This document shows, piece by piece, positions 37,809 to 50,854 of a stretch of 64,000 nt of DNA. A program made the translations under genes and the position numbers. How positions within the stretch are numbered: position 1 is the first letter of the stretch; each line of letters begins with the position of its first letter. The DNA lies in NCBI RefSeq assembly GCF_004010195.1, contig NC_057750.1, positions 17,862,209 through 17,926,208 of the forward strand, read 5' to 3'. Source of the DNA: Chiloscyllium plagiosum. Its lineage: Eukaryota. Under the pieces are notes generated by a model. It had not been told where the DNA came from. It worked only from the letters and a program-made list of their open reading frames with translations, and ran no database searches.

Positions 37809-39935
37809 CATGGGAACACCATCACCTGTAAGTTGTCTTCTAAACCACTTGACTTAGAAATATATCGCCACTCCTTCAGTGTGGCTGACTCAAAATCCTA
37901 GAACTCCCTTCCTCGACAGCATTCTGGGTGGTCCTACGCAGCAGGTCAAAAAAGGCACCTTCTCAAAGTCATGCCAGTGACCCCCATGATACAAAATGTA
38001 ACTAACAATAGTGTATCTGGCATTTTCCATTTTCCTTTTCCCCACCCAGGATTCCAGTTTTACTCAGTTGGAAATTCATGGGAAGATACACATTAATTCA
38101 ATAGAAGACTTGTTCAATGGTAAAACAGGTTCAGGCAGTAAAATATCTTGATGAACCTTCACATGGAATTTGAGTTGGTGGACACACCTAGATAGGTTTC
38201 AATTTCACCTGGCAATCTCCCCTCCCCTCTCAGAAGCTTCTCCACTTGCCACAGTTCAGTGACAAGGGTGAGGCTGGAATTGGGCAGATTTGAGAATCAC
38301 CTTGCCCCAGAGCCAGAAAAAAGCAATGCAATAGGATTCGCTGTTCACTCTGTGGCTGCAGCATTGTTCATCACAATGGATTTCGGGTTCGGTAAGACAA
38401 AACTGTGTGGGGCTATTTTAGACTTGAGTCACGATGGAGTGGGTTAAATTTGTAATAATTTATGGCAGAGTTGGGTTTAGGTGATAGCTGACCCGGCCAA
38501 ACAGGGAGCCGCAGAACAGAATCATAGCAACCCGAAAGAGGCCATTTGGCCCATCAACACCCTCTGAAGGGTATCCAACTCAACCCAGCCCAGAATACTC
38601 ACTGCTGTATCTTCTGCCTGAGGATGATTCGAGTGAAGGGGCAAATCATATTTGATTTGCAAATTCCTCTTCGTAGATTCTGGAAATGCTATAATGATGG
38701 GAATGTAAAGATGGGATTTAAGAGTTGCTATCTCTGTTGTGCTTTTGTTCATGGGATTGGTTGCTGTGACCTGCGCAGGTAGCCATCGTAAAATCAGTCC
38801 AGCCCCATGCCATTCAGCCCATTGCTCCCTGTGCTCTCTCTCTCTCTCTCTGAAGACAGCTACTCAATTTGTCTCATTCTCTCTTAAAATGTGGGGAAGT
38901 CATTAAGCCTCCAGACTAATTACCTCTGCCTCTCTATACCTTTGTGTTACCTTACACCAAATCAGCATGCATTTATACAACACCTTTTCGACCTAGTAAT
39001 GTTGCACTAGAAAGTCATCAACTAAATGCGACACTTAGCTGCTCAGCCTGATCAGAGGTTTGGTCAAAGGGTCACTTAAAGGAAGAAATGGAAGGTGAGA
39101 GATTCCGGAAGGAAATTCCCAGGGAGCGTGGGGGAGTTTCAGCGGATGTACAAGAGACCAGAATTAAAGGGATGCCCAGATCCCAGAGACTGGGAGAGAT
39201 TACAGAGATGGAGAAGGGTGAGGCCAGAGAACAATTTGAAACCAAGAATGCGAATGTTGAAATCTAAGCGTTGTTTAACTGGGTTAGGACATGGACAGCA
39301 GAGTTTTAATGACCTCAGGTTTTCTCGAGGTTCCAGCATCAGAGGATGAGACTCGGGGATAAACTGGATGTTTTAGCAGCAGGTTAGCAGAAGCAGAGAT
39401 GAAGTTGAGTGAGTTACGAAGGTGGAAATGGGCATCCCAGCGATGGCGCTAATTTTGGGGTCAAATATAACAGCAACTGTGAACAGACTGATTCAAGCCT
39501 CAGACAACAAGACTCACTCAGTAATGAGGGAGTCCAGGATGTGGCAAAAATACTGGACTGCGACTTCCCAGTAAGAAAATTGTACTCCGCCAATACAGGA
39601 AATGTACTAGCCAAGTAAGCATTCTGAGAGCTAAGGGCTTGGAAGAGGTAATGGTGAAGTAGAACTGGATGTCATCACTATACAGGTTGGGAAGACATGC
39701 TGAGTTTGAATCATGTGACCGAGGAGAAGATGAGGGCTGCAGATGCTGGAGATCAGAGTCGAGAGTGTGCTGCTGGAAAAGCACAGCAGGTCAGGCAGCA
39801 TCCGAGGAGCAGGAGAATCGATGTTTCAGGCATAAGCCCTTCATCAGGAAACTGAGAGGAAAGGATAGATTTTTGGGGACACATCAGGCTTCCCATTCAG
39901 CTTCCCCATTTCCCCTGACGGAGGTTGCAGGCTTA

Positions 39936-40248
39936 TAGAGTTCTTACAATGTTGAAGCAGGCCATTTGGTCCGTCAAGTCCACACTGACCCTCCAGAAAG
40001 GATCCCATCTAGGTCCCTCCCTACCCTCTCCCTGTAAACCTACATTTCCCATGGGTGATAGTAACCCTACAATCCGCTAACTCACATATCTTTGGACTGT
40101 GGGGGAGGAAACCGGAACACCTAGAGGAAACCCAGGCAGAGACGGGGAGAATGTGCTAACTTCACAGATGGTTGCCTGAGAGTGGGATCGAACCTGGTCC
40201 TGGGTGCTGTGTGGCAGCAGTGCTAACCTCGGAGCCACTGTGTCACCC
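39936..40248 (-). mobile_element. HE1-like SINE
   Basis: Reverse-complement core and head. Confidence 0.8.
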
Positions 40249-41189
40249 AGTTGAAGAGGGTTGATAAAGCCTTTGCGAGTGACGGCAGCACAACCTGTTA
40301 CAGAGCATGTTCCCAGTCAGATTAGATTTGGAATGCATTTTAGGAATTTTCCGATCAATGCCTCAATAATATTGTAAGTTTTAAAGCTCAGTGTCTGTTT
40401 TATCTGAAATACAAATACAATTAAGCAAAGATTCCAATGTTGCTCACTTGTGACACTGAATCATAGTCCTATCCTGTTGTTATTACTGTTAAATGCCCGA
40501 GAATGTTTAAGGCCTCTTATATACAAACATCTCCTGCTTAATTAGGGTCTAGCATTCGGTAAAAGTCCATCATATCCCACCAATGGATGAGGATAAGGAA
40601 AGTCTTGCCACTTTCTATTTTGTGTGCATTTAACACTTAAACTGCTGGAGGCTAGGTGTCAGTGTGGATGGGTTCGGTAAGAGTATGTTTATTCTGAACT
40701 TTTTATTTCTTTGTTTTTCTAATGTATTCCTGTGGTCTGTCATACTGGACATTTTATTTCTTCAATGTTCTAATTCATTTTATCTTTAGAATTTGCACCT
40801 AGGTACATTTGTAAGTGATGACTTGTAAGCTTTTCACTGGACTCATTTAGTACATTTGACAATAAAACCAATTCTAATTATAAAGGGTTGTGCTGTGGGA
40901 AGATTGAGGGATAATGTACACTTGGTGAGGGAAGCAGCTGTAACGCTTATTGTCCAGATTACCAGTTACAGAGGGCAGTTCATGACATCCAGATCTTTGC
41001 CTTAGGAGGTTTTAGGGCCTTTTGATCATTTATTAAGTGAAGAGAGAAATCTGGAGACACCTGATGTTTATTGATCATTAGCAAATTACTCAGGGCAGTG
41101 GTGGGTGAACTAAGTGCGTGGAAGGTTGGTTGCTGAGACTAACCCTCAGTAGATGTTCTAATCAGAAAGAGATGAAGGTGGGTCAAGTT

Positions 41190-42380
41190 GACATGACCAA
41201 AAAATAGGAATTGGAGTCAATCATTTAGCCCCTTGAGTCTGCTCCATTTGACACTCCTCAGTCCACTTTCTTGTCCTTTCCCTTTGATTCCCCCAACTAA
41301 TGAAGAATTTATCTCAGCCTTAAATGTACACAAGGACTCCGTCCCCACAGCTTTGGAAAGGAGTTCCGAAGACACTCAGCCCTCAGAGAAGAAATTCCTC
41401 CTCATTTCAGTCTTAAAGTGGTGCCTCGTAACTTTAAGTCTATGCCCTCTCATCCTAGATTTTCCCATGAGGGGAAATCACTCTGTCAAACCCGCTTAAG
41501 AATCCTATATATTTCGATGAGTTAACCAAACTCAAATGAGTAGAGTCCCAATTTGTTTACCTTTGCTCTTAAGACAGTCCTTCCATTCCAGGTATTATCT
41601 GAATATACCTTTCTGACCTGCCTCCAATTGAGCAATATCTTTCCTTAAACTAGGAGACTAAAACTGCTGACAGTACTCCAAATGTGGTCTGTTGTACAGT
41701 TGTAATGCTCCAGAATCTTGGAAATAAGCATTCCTGAATACCTGCTGCACCTTTGCGCTAGCTTTGTGTTTAATGTACAAGTAGTACTCTCAATTCCCTT
41801 TGTGATGCAGCTTTCTGCAATTTTTCTCCATTCTCTTTCTCTCCCTTTGAAAATGAACTTCACATTTTCCCATGTTATACATGGTTTACCTTTTTTTTGT
41901 CTACTTAATTAACCTTTCAACATCTCTGTAAACTATTGTACCTCTCCTACAACTTGCTTTTCTACCTAATTTTGTGCCGTCGGCAAGTCTGACTAAAGTA
42001 CATTTGCTTCCTTCCTCGAAGTCATTAATATATGTTATAAACATTTGCAGTCCCAGTACTGATCCCTGTGAAACCCCACTGGTTACAGGTTGCCAATCTG
42101 GGAGAAAAAAAAAACCTTCTCCCCACTTGCTGTTTTCTGTTCATAAAATTATTCTTTATCCATGCCAATACTCTTATGGCTTAACCTACTGGTGAGGTAC
42201 CTTTTTTTTTTAGATTAGATTACTTACAGTGTGGAAACAGGCCCTTCGCACTTGCTGTTTTCTGTTCATAAAATTATTCTTTATCCATGCCAATACTCTT
42301 ATGGCTTAACCTACTGGTGAGGTACCTTGTCAAATGCCATCTAGAAATCAAAAGACTGCACTGGCTGCCCTCTGTCTACG
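41190..42380 (-). mobile_element. Old CR1 LINE fragment
   Basis: Degenerate ORF2 3' half, e.g. cccagtactgatccctgtgaaaccccactggttac = revcomp of the VTSGVxQGSVLG motif. Confidence 0.7.
42124..42328. repeat. 80-bp perfect direct duplication flanking a 45-bp HE1/HER1 tail insertion
   Basis: Copies at 42124-42203 and 42249-42328, separated by tttttttagattagattacttacagtgtggaaacaggcccttcg. Confidence 0.9.
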
Positions 42381-45300
42381 AAGGAGCAGCACTTTGAAAG
42401 CTTGTACTTTCAAATAAATCTGTTGTGTGATTTTTACTTTGGTTAAGACTTCCTTGAAAAGCTCTAATAGACATGATTCACCGGAGGGAATGTCATGACA
42501 GTCATTCAAGAAGACATAGCCTGATTGTAACCAGGGAATAGGGAGGAATTTAAGGTTGGGCTGTTTTGCCTGGTGTTATTCCCAAACTGGATGAGACCAG
42601 TTCAGGGTTTTGCACCTGTTTTCTTATCATCTCATGTAAATTACATCTTCTGTTTGACAGAATTTCTTTCAAAACTAAATACCGTGATTTTTGGCGTACC
42701 CACCCTGCAGAAAAATGCAGCTTATACCTGTACTCACAAAGGGCGTGCTGAAGTGGGAGAGTGATTGAATGCCAGTCAAGCAAATTCTTCATGTTAAGGT
42801 CAACAAAAGGCCAACCAAATAAGTGGGATTGAGTTTATAAAGGATGACTTCAACAATTATTATTTCAGTTGATTTAAGGCAATGTGTGTTGTTATGATAT
42901 ACTGTAGTTAACATTGTACTGAAATATACTTCAGACAGTCTGAAATGTATTAATGACCAATGTTTTGCTCAGACAACAAATGGGACACATCTTGATTTGT
43001 ACTTTGAACACGTATTACAAGCTCATTACAAAAAAAAATAAACATGGTATTTTGACCACACCTTCAGTCACCTCCCTTTTAGTATTGTACTGCAACTGCT
43101 TTTAACCGCAGTTCCCAGACAAGGAAGTTAGAGGTGCCTCCACCTTGTGTACGCGCTATTTGCTTCTGGGTAGAAACAGTACTTTATCGAGTAGTTTTAA
43201 AAAACCTGGGCGTCTGCTGTCTTCGTGTTCACTAAGTGGGACTTTGGAGAAAGAATCTTTGATTATGGGTAAGTGTTGATGTAATTAGGATGGCACTCAG
43301 TAACAGGGCACTAATCCCTCCTACGAATTGTCTTATCTATACGCAGTCTAATGTAAGTTAAGACTAGAAAACTGCTGCAAGTAACAGGCTGTTCTAAAAT
43401 TACAAAGTTTCAGACTGCTGGTCTTTCTTTTAGTTATAGAATTTGACACTTTAGGAGGCCACTCAGCCCATTGTGCAGTTTATTAAAGCTATTCCCTTAT
43501 TCAATTTGACCAGCAATTCCTTGTCCTTCAAGCACTTATCCAATTTTCTTTTGAAAGTTATTATTCTATTTAGAAGGTACATTTCAGGTCATGAAAACTC
43601 AACTGTTTAAATGTTCAAAAAGAATCTTACTGTCTGTGGTTTGCTCTCAATTACAATCAGTTTGCCCCTTCTGATTACAACCTATCTACTCCATCAAAAT
43701 GCTGACCTTTTTTGGATGTCTGTTACCTTTCCCCTTCACCTTCTCTGTCCAGAGGAGGACAACCCCAGTATCTATAGTTTCTCTTCAGGTAGAATGTCTT
43801 ACATTTGTCAGCATTCTTTATCTTGAAGGCAAGTTGAATACATTTGAAAATTCTTTGAGTCATACTGAATTGCAGAGGTTGTTCAGTCAAGAAGCATCCT
43901 CTCTGCTTGATGGACTCCGATAGAGGGGACCAAAGTCAGGAAACTACGACCAACAAGCAGTGAAGATGCTAGGGTAATCAATGTGAGGTCCACATACCTC
44001 TGTCCTGAGTAAAGAAAGGGAATAGAAGGAAATTCACTTCTTGCAGAAGCTTTTAGAATGCTGAGGAAGAAATTTAATGCAGAAGGACTTAAAAATTGCA
44101 GAGCAATTAGAAATGTATGGAACAGGAGGACTTCATTAACACATCCAGTTATTTTATTCACAAAAATGTAATCCAACTTCCTCTTAAACACTGGAGTTTA
44201 TTTTAAATATTTATTACCCACGATGTGAACAATTTGATTGCATATCTGTAACCCTCCGTATTGCTCACTTGTTCTAAAGATCAGGGTAATCAACATCTTG
44301 AGGTGAGTAATTGTTTTTTTTCAGGAACTTTAACATGAAAGTATAAACAGCTTTTAGCTGACGTTTGTATTTTAAAAATCAACCCTTTCAGAGATGTTAC
44401 ACGCACCCTGGGGCAGGTGGACCTTGAACCTAGGTCTCCTCACTCAGATGTAGGGGCACTACCACTGTGCCATTAAAAAAGATGGTGTTGGATTGCTTGG
44501 GATTGATCAATACCTGTTTCTCAATGCCGGGAGTGTTCTATCCAGGTCTCCAGTTGGCAAGGTGGGAATGACTTTCTGATTGTCCTGCAAGATAGGATTG
44601 GAAGGAGCTGCGTGCTGAAAGTTGGCTTAATAATGTAATCAAAAGTAGTTCACAATATTGAGTTTGCTCATCTCATCGTGCATGGGCACGTTAATGTTTT
44701 CGTGTTCAATTCCTTGTCGGGTGGAGATGTTATTTTAACCTTTGGGTTTCTGTAGCTTGGATGAGTGCTTTACTTTAAACCTCATTCCTGCCCCAGTGTT
44801 GGTGGAGTTGACATGATTATAGAACACACCTACATCTACACAGCTCCTCTCACCATCAGTGTTCTAGGATAGAGGCCTACCTCATGTCTACCTTTCTTAT
44901 CTCTCCTCTCCATTTGTCTGTCTCTGTGTCAAAAATATTATAGTTTAGGAATAAATTATCACAGTTGATCCAATAGCTGGTATACAATGCAGAATAACAT
45001 CAACAGCATAGGTTCAATTCTTCTCCAACTTTCCCCTTACCTGAGGCATGATGACTCTCTGGTTGGTACCACCAGTCATCTCTCCAATGCAAGAGTAGCC
45101 CTATAGTAAATTTGTCTGTCTGACTCTATCGCTCCAAAAGATGCTTTATGTCACTGATTGAATAAATGAATGTCAGATTCTTTAGCAATGTTGCAGCACA
45201 TCTTGCCCACGACAAAATGTTGTTCAACTCCAAAATTGAGCAAATGTGGGAACAGGGAGTGGTTCCAACAGTTAGATTGAGATAGCAGTCCTCCCACCCA

Positions 45301-46679
45301 GAAGCTCCCTATCTAATATGGCCATTTATGGAAATGTACTGTATCCTGTCTTTACAGACCATGTTCTCGTGTGTTTAAGTAATGGACAAATCCTAAACAT
45401 TCAGCAATGACTCACCTCATGGGTGTGGCTGTCCTCAGCACCACATTCTCCTCAAAGAATTACTATGGCATGCAAGAAGGCCATTTGGGCCAGTGTACCT
45501 GCACCATGTCTATTGTCTAGTACCAATCTCCTGCCTTATTCTCCAAATCACTGCACAGTTTTGATATCCAATTCCCACTTATTTGTTACTCCTGCTTTGT
45601 CCGGCATGATGTTGCATTCTGTTGGTCTTTTCAATATTCAAACATATGCTCTGTGAGCTATTTCAAAATTGTTTAATTAAATATTCTCCTTGTTTCGGAA
45701 TCAGATTTTGGAAAGTCCTGTGACAAGGATAAGGAGAAGCAGAAGGAAAAGTGTGAAAACAAAAAACATAAAAAGGTAACAATTTTATTTCAAAATCCAT
45801 CTTCTGATCCCATTCCCCAGCTTGCTGCATTCCACCCCACACACAGTACACAGCTGAATTTCTCGCTATGTCTCTCTTTTTAGTTTCTAGCAGATGTATG
45901 AAATTACTCTCCCTCTCATCTTTGTCCAATGGCATGGGAATTTAGCAATAAACAGATTATTTATCCATGGGGTGCATTAGTACCTGACTCCAGTCTGATC
46001 CTTATCAGCCAGGAAACTAGACTATTTCTCCCATTCTTTTCACATTCTTGAACCTCATGGATGGAAATAATTGTAAGTTGCTTACTGCCATTGTTTAATT
46101 TTCCCATAACTGGTCATTTTCTGTTTTGTTCCTGGTGTTAAGGTGTTTTTAAAATTGCTCCCAAGTTGGTCAATATTTCCCCCCTATCTTTTCAACGTTG
46201 TAAGCTAGATTTCTTTTAGATGGAGTGGATATCCCAGCGTTCAGGTACATCACTTGGTTCCAGGTTGTTTTACTTGTTTTCAGTGCTGTCCTTGTGCAGT
46301 TTGAATGTCATCCCTTTAGTCCATGATTTCTCTCTTCAATTGACAGCTGGCTTCCCAAGGCAGTCCCACATAACAGGGAACTGACATTGATAAACCAGAC
46401 TATTCCCTCTGACTCCTTGCTTGATGCATTCCTGGGTGTGTACAATTTTAGAAATTGGATCTGTGAAAATGGGTCCATTTTTGGAATGGTGTAGCACGGC
46501 CCTTTTACTCCACAGCACTCCCTTCCCATACCATGCCTCTGCCTACTGTCACTCATTGCCTTTTAAATTTTTGCAAAATCCATTTTAGAACTATGAATCC
46601 AAAATTCTGATTCTCATGCATATAAGACAAATGTATTTTTGATTTTTGCTTGAAACTTGTGACTTTTCTTTGACAATCC

Positions 46680-47065
46680 TTGGCGACCTCCATTGCCACA
46701 ATGAACCAAGTTGCAAATTGGAGGAACAACACCTCATCTTCCACCTAGGCGGAAGACTCAACATTGAGTTCTCCAACTTCAAACAACCTCCTATCCCATC
46801 ACCTGACTCCTTCCCAGCCCATCCCCATCACTGGTCCCTGCCAACTGGATTAATTCCTCCCATTGACCAAGCAGGTCATACCCTCTACGGGTCTTCACCT
46901 ATCCCCACTTCACCACCTTGCCCCTGCCACCCACTTTATCTGCAGCTGCCTCCACACACTCCCCCAGTCCTGAAGAAGGATTATACCTGAAACAGCGACT
47001 TCTCCACCTCCTGATGCAGCCAGGCTTGCTGCGTTCTTCCAGCCTCCTGCCTATTTTGTTCATTA
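46680..47065 (+). mobile_element. Penelope-like element 3' end (endonuclease C-terminus + pseudo-LTR)
   Basis: KLEEQHLIFHLG...LNIEFSNF peptide, followed by agtc-CTGAAGA...GAAA-cagc-gact hammerhead-like motif. Confidence 0.7.
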
Positions 47066-47256
47066 AATGTGCCCACCCAAACCTCAAGCCAGCATTTAAA
47101 AGAATCAGTCACATCACACTGGGTCTTGCATTAGCAGATGAAACAATGACAGCAAATTTCCTTTATATAAAACAACATTAGTATTTTAGGATTTTTAAAT
47201 TTTAAAAACAACTCATGACAGCTTAGCAAGTTTTCAGGAGATTTGTAGTTCAGGTT

Positions 47257-47484
47257 TTAGATTAGATTAGATTACTTACAGTGTGGAAACAGGCCCTTCG
47301 GCCCAACAAGTCCACACCGCCCCGCCGAAGCACAACCCACCCATACATCTACCCCTTACCCAACACTACGGGCAATTTAGCATGGCCAATTCACCTGACC
47401 TGCACATCTTTGGACTGTGGGAGNNAACCCGGGTCTCTGGCGCTGTGAGGCAGCAGTGCTAACCACTGTGCCACCGTGCCGCCC
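47257..47484 (-). mobile_element. Young HE1-like SINE (contains nn join), 6-bp TSD caggtt
   Basis: Near-consensus sequence with caggtt on both flanks. Confidence 0.85.
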
Positions 47485-48705
47485 ACCAGGTTGAGGTTCT
47501 GGTGTTGTGGTCATGGTTGGTAAGGCTAGTTAACAAATCCAAATTATTCAATTGAATTTAAATTCCACCAGCAAGCCTGGTGGAATTAGAAGCTGTATCA
47601 CTAATCCAGTAATATTATCACTGTACTAAAACCTCTCCCTAATTTATTTTATGGGACAAAATGGAAAGAAGCTTCATTATATATTTTATTATGAGGTACT
47701 TTCAGTCAATCAAAGTTTTAAAATCACTGTTACAATATGGAAACCAAGTATGCACAGCTGGGTTCACCAAATAATCATCTTTAAAAAAGGATTAATGTTT
47801 GAACTTGTCCTATGCAGTGGTAATTGCGCTGTCATTTGCACAATCTTTCGTCTCACATGCTAGCAGTAATCTGTTCACTGTCGTCCATGATACCAAATCA
47901 GATTCCAGATTAAAGTCAGATTTGTTGATGGTTACACCCAGCAATCAGGTCCAAACTCTCATTGATTAAACAGTGACTCACCCTGTACAATGAAACAGCA
48001 CCTGATGCTAAGCTTGTCGAGCTGCAGTATTCCCCCACAACACACGATCAAAATAATATTCTTGTTTTAACTGTGGCTTATTTTTGTGGCTAACAGCAAC
48101 ATTCTCCAATTTGAATTTTTTTGTTAGTTCTCCACCCTTTCTTCCCTCATTCTTCAGAAAGTTTTTGGCTCCATGCTTTCCAGTTGACTACCAGTGTGTT
48201 ACCCAAACAGCTATTCTTTATCTGGAATCCATTTGCCTTCACACTCACCTTGAAGTTGAGGCACTTCCTATCATTGCAATGAAGAGCAGATTCTCAGCAT
48301 TCTTGCCACTATTGGGTGCCTACCATTTCCTCTCACCACAATACAATTTAAACAATCCTGCATTCTTTACAATCAGAGTCTATTTTGATCTCAGCACTTT
48401 ATGGGAATGCTCTAGGTCAACAAGATTGGCATTAGTGGCTGTACATTACACTTGGTGAGTTATAGTATTTACCCAATGGGAGTTTGCATCTAGTTTCATT
48501 GCTGGGTGTTATCACCAATATATCGTTCTGGAAGCAAATTTAGGATGAGAGGATTGTTTGCTACATTACAGCGTGATTATATTTTAAAAGTTCGTTGTAA
48601 CTTCAGAAATACATGCAGCAATGTGATAAAGACCAGATTATCTGAGCTTTCAGATGTTGTTTGAGGAATTTGAGAAATTGGCCAGGGCATTAGGGAGAAC
48701 TGCCC

Positions 48706-49545
48706 TAGTCATCGAGATGTACAGCACAGAAACAACCCTTTGGTCCAACTTGTCCACGCCGACCAGATATCCCAACCCAATCTAATCCCACCTGCCAGCA
48801 CCCGGCCCATACCCCTCCAAACCCTTCCTATTCAAATACCCATCCAAATGCCTCTTAAATGTTGCAATTTTGTACCAGCCACATCGTCTGGCAGCTCATT
48901 CCATACACGTACCACCCTCTGCGTGAAAAAGTTGCCCCTTAGGTCTCTTTTATAGCTTTCTCCTCTCACCCTAAACTTATGCCCTCTAGTTCTGGACTCC
49001 CCGATCCCAGGGAAAAGACTTTGTCTATTTATCCTATCCATGCCCCTCATAATTTTGTAAACCTCTATAAGGTCATTCCCCCCAGCCTCTGATACTCCAG
49101 GGAAAACAGCCCCAGCCTGTTCAGCCTCTCCCTATAGCTCAAATCCTCCAACCCTGGCAACATGCTTCTAAATCTTTTCTGAACCCTTTCAAGTTTCACA
49201 ACATCTTTCGATAGGAAGGAGACCAGAATTGCACGCAATATTCCAACAGTGGCCTAACCAATGTCCAGTACAGCCGCAACATGACCTCCCAACTCCTGTA
49301 CTCAATACTCTGACCAATAAAGGAAAGCATACCAAATGCCTTCTTCACTATCCTATCTACCTGTGACTCCACTTTCAAGGTCTCTTTGTTCAGCAACACT
49401 CCCTAGGACCTTACCATTAAGTGTATAAGGCCTGCTAAGATTTGCTTTCCCAAACTGCAGCACCTCGCATTTATCTGAATTAAACTCCATCCGCCACTTC
49501 TCAGCCCATTGGCCCATCTGGTCCAGATCCTGTTGTAATCTGAGG
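48706..49545 (-). mobile_element. CR1 (HER1-like) LINE 3' part
   Basis: ORFs 48832-49050 and 49196-49399 carry CR1 ORF2 motifs. Confidence 0.9.
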
Positions 49546-50720
49546 TCGAGTTCAAATTGAGCTAAGGATCTATTGATGTCATCTCAGGGAGCAGGCATGG
49601 TTTGAGATCTCCTCTGAAAGATGACACCTCTAAGAGTATCATGCTCTGCTGACTGCTCTGGATGTGCCAACCTGGATTCTGTAATCAAGACATTTGAATG
49701 ACATATAAATCTGAACCTTATCTGACTTTAGAGCCGAGTGCTACAAGCTGATCCAATGCTGAAAATACACAGGGGTGGTAGACAGATCTGCTCCTGAAAT
49801 ATCCTCAATTTGCCCCAGAAAATTTACTCAGTGTGTGATCAATGGGAGAAAGATTGCCCATGTAAATTTGAATAGAAGGAAATGGTAATGGATTGCTCCT
49901 GTCCCATGCATGCTTCTGACAGGTATATTGTTGTGGAATTCTGTTGACAAACATGAGGTGGGAGGCGGGGAATCTGCTCAGAGGAACTGCAAGTGTTGTG
50001 GTGGGAGACAGGAGGGGATGAAGGAGCTATAATAGGGGATAAGAAAACTTCAACAGAGAGACAACAGTTTTACACTTACCAACAAACATATTCAGCTAAG
50101 TGGGATCCAAAAATAAATTTTAAATCACTGGAGGTAATGAATCCTTGCAAATTAATCTCTTAGATAAGGCTGCCATACTTGTGGTGGTAGGGATATAGCT
50201 GGTGTGATGAACATTGTAAAGTTAGATATAGATCCAAGACACAGTAAAATGGCAGTAATGTCCTCCTTCTGATGTTGAGCATTTTGTATGAGATAGAACA
50301 ACATTAGTTGCAACCTTACCAGTCTGTGGAATGCATATTTTATGATAGCTTTTTAGATGTAGACATGTCAGTTATTTTGGAAAAAAATGGAACTTATGCC
50401 TAACGTCTGGTACCAATTTATAATCTAAGAAATTAATGCTTTCCTTGTGTGTGGTAATTTTTAATGAAGATTTTGTTATCAAGGTTAACATACCTCATGT
50501 CAATACACACACACACAGACAGTACTGTTACATAAATGCATCCCCTAATAATGGAGTTAGTTGGGAATTAAATCACAGGGAAAGAAAAATTATCCCTATG
50601 CTGACTCACCAATGGTGATGCAAATACATTAGAATTACATTTCTGGCATTGCTAACTGAACAGATTGAAACGATGCAAGAATGCTTTGATTTTGATCATT
50701 ACTTGTTTACTTTTTGACAG

Positions 50721-50804
50721 AAGGAAGAAGGTAAAGATGCATCAAGTTCAAGCTCTACAAGCAGCAGCAGCAGCAGCAGTTCAGAGTGTGAAGGCAAAGA
50801 AAAG
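50721..50804 (+). CDS. Unassigned protein, coding exon B (KEEGKDASSSSSTSSSSSSSSECEGKEK)
   Basis: ttgtttactttttgacAG acceptor, AAG|GTGAGA donor, 84 nt, phase 0/0. Contains an (AGC)n poly-Ser tract. Confidence 0.7.
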
Positions 50805-50854
50805 GTGAGAAAAGCAAGCTAGACTTTGAACTCAGGATTGGATTGGGGCTAGGT

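Noticed and set aside
43083..43268. AG...GTAAGT-bounded possible exon
   Set aside because: In-frame stop in phase 0 and a composition unlike the other exons. No supporting evidence.
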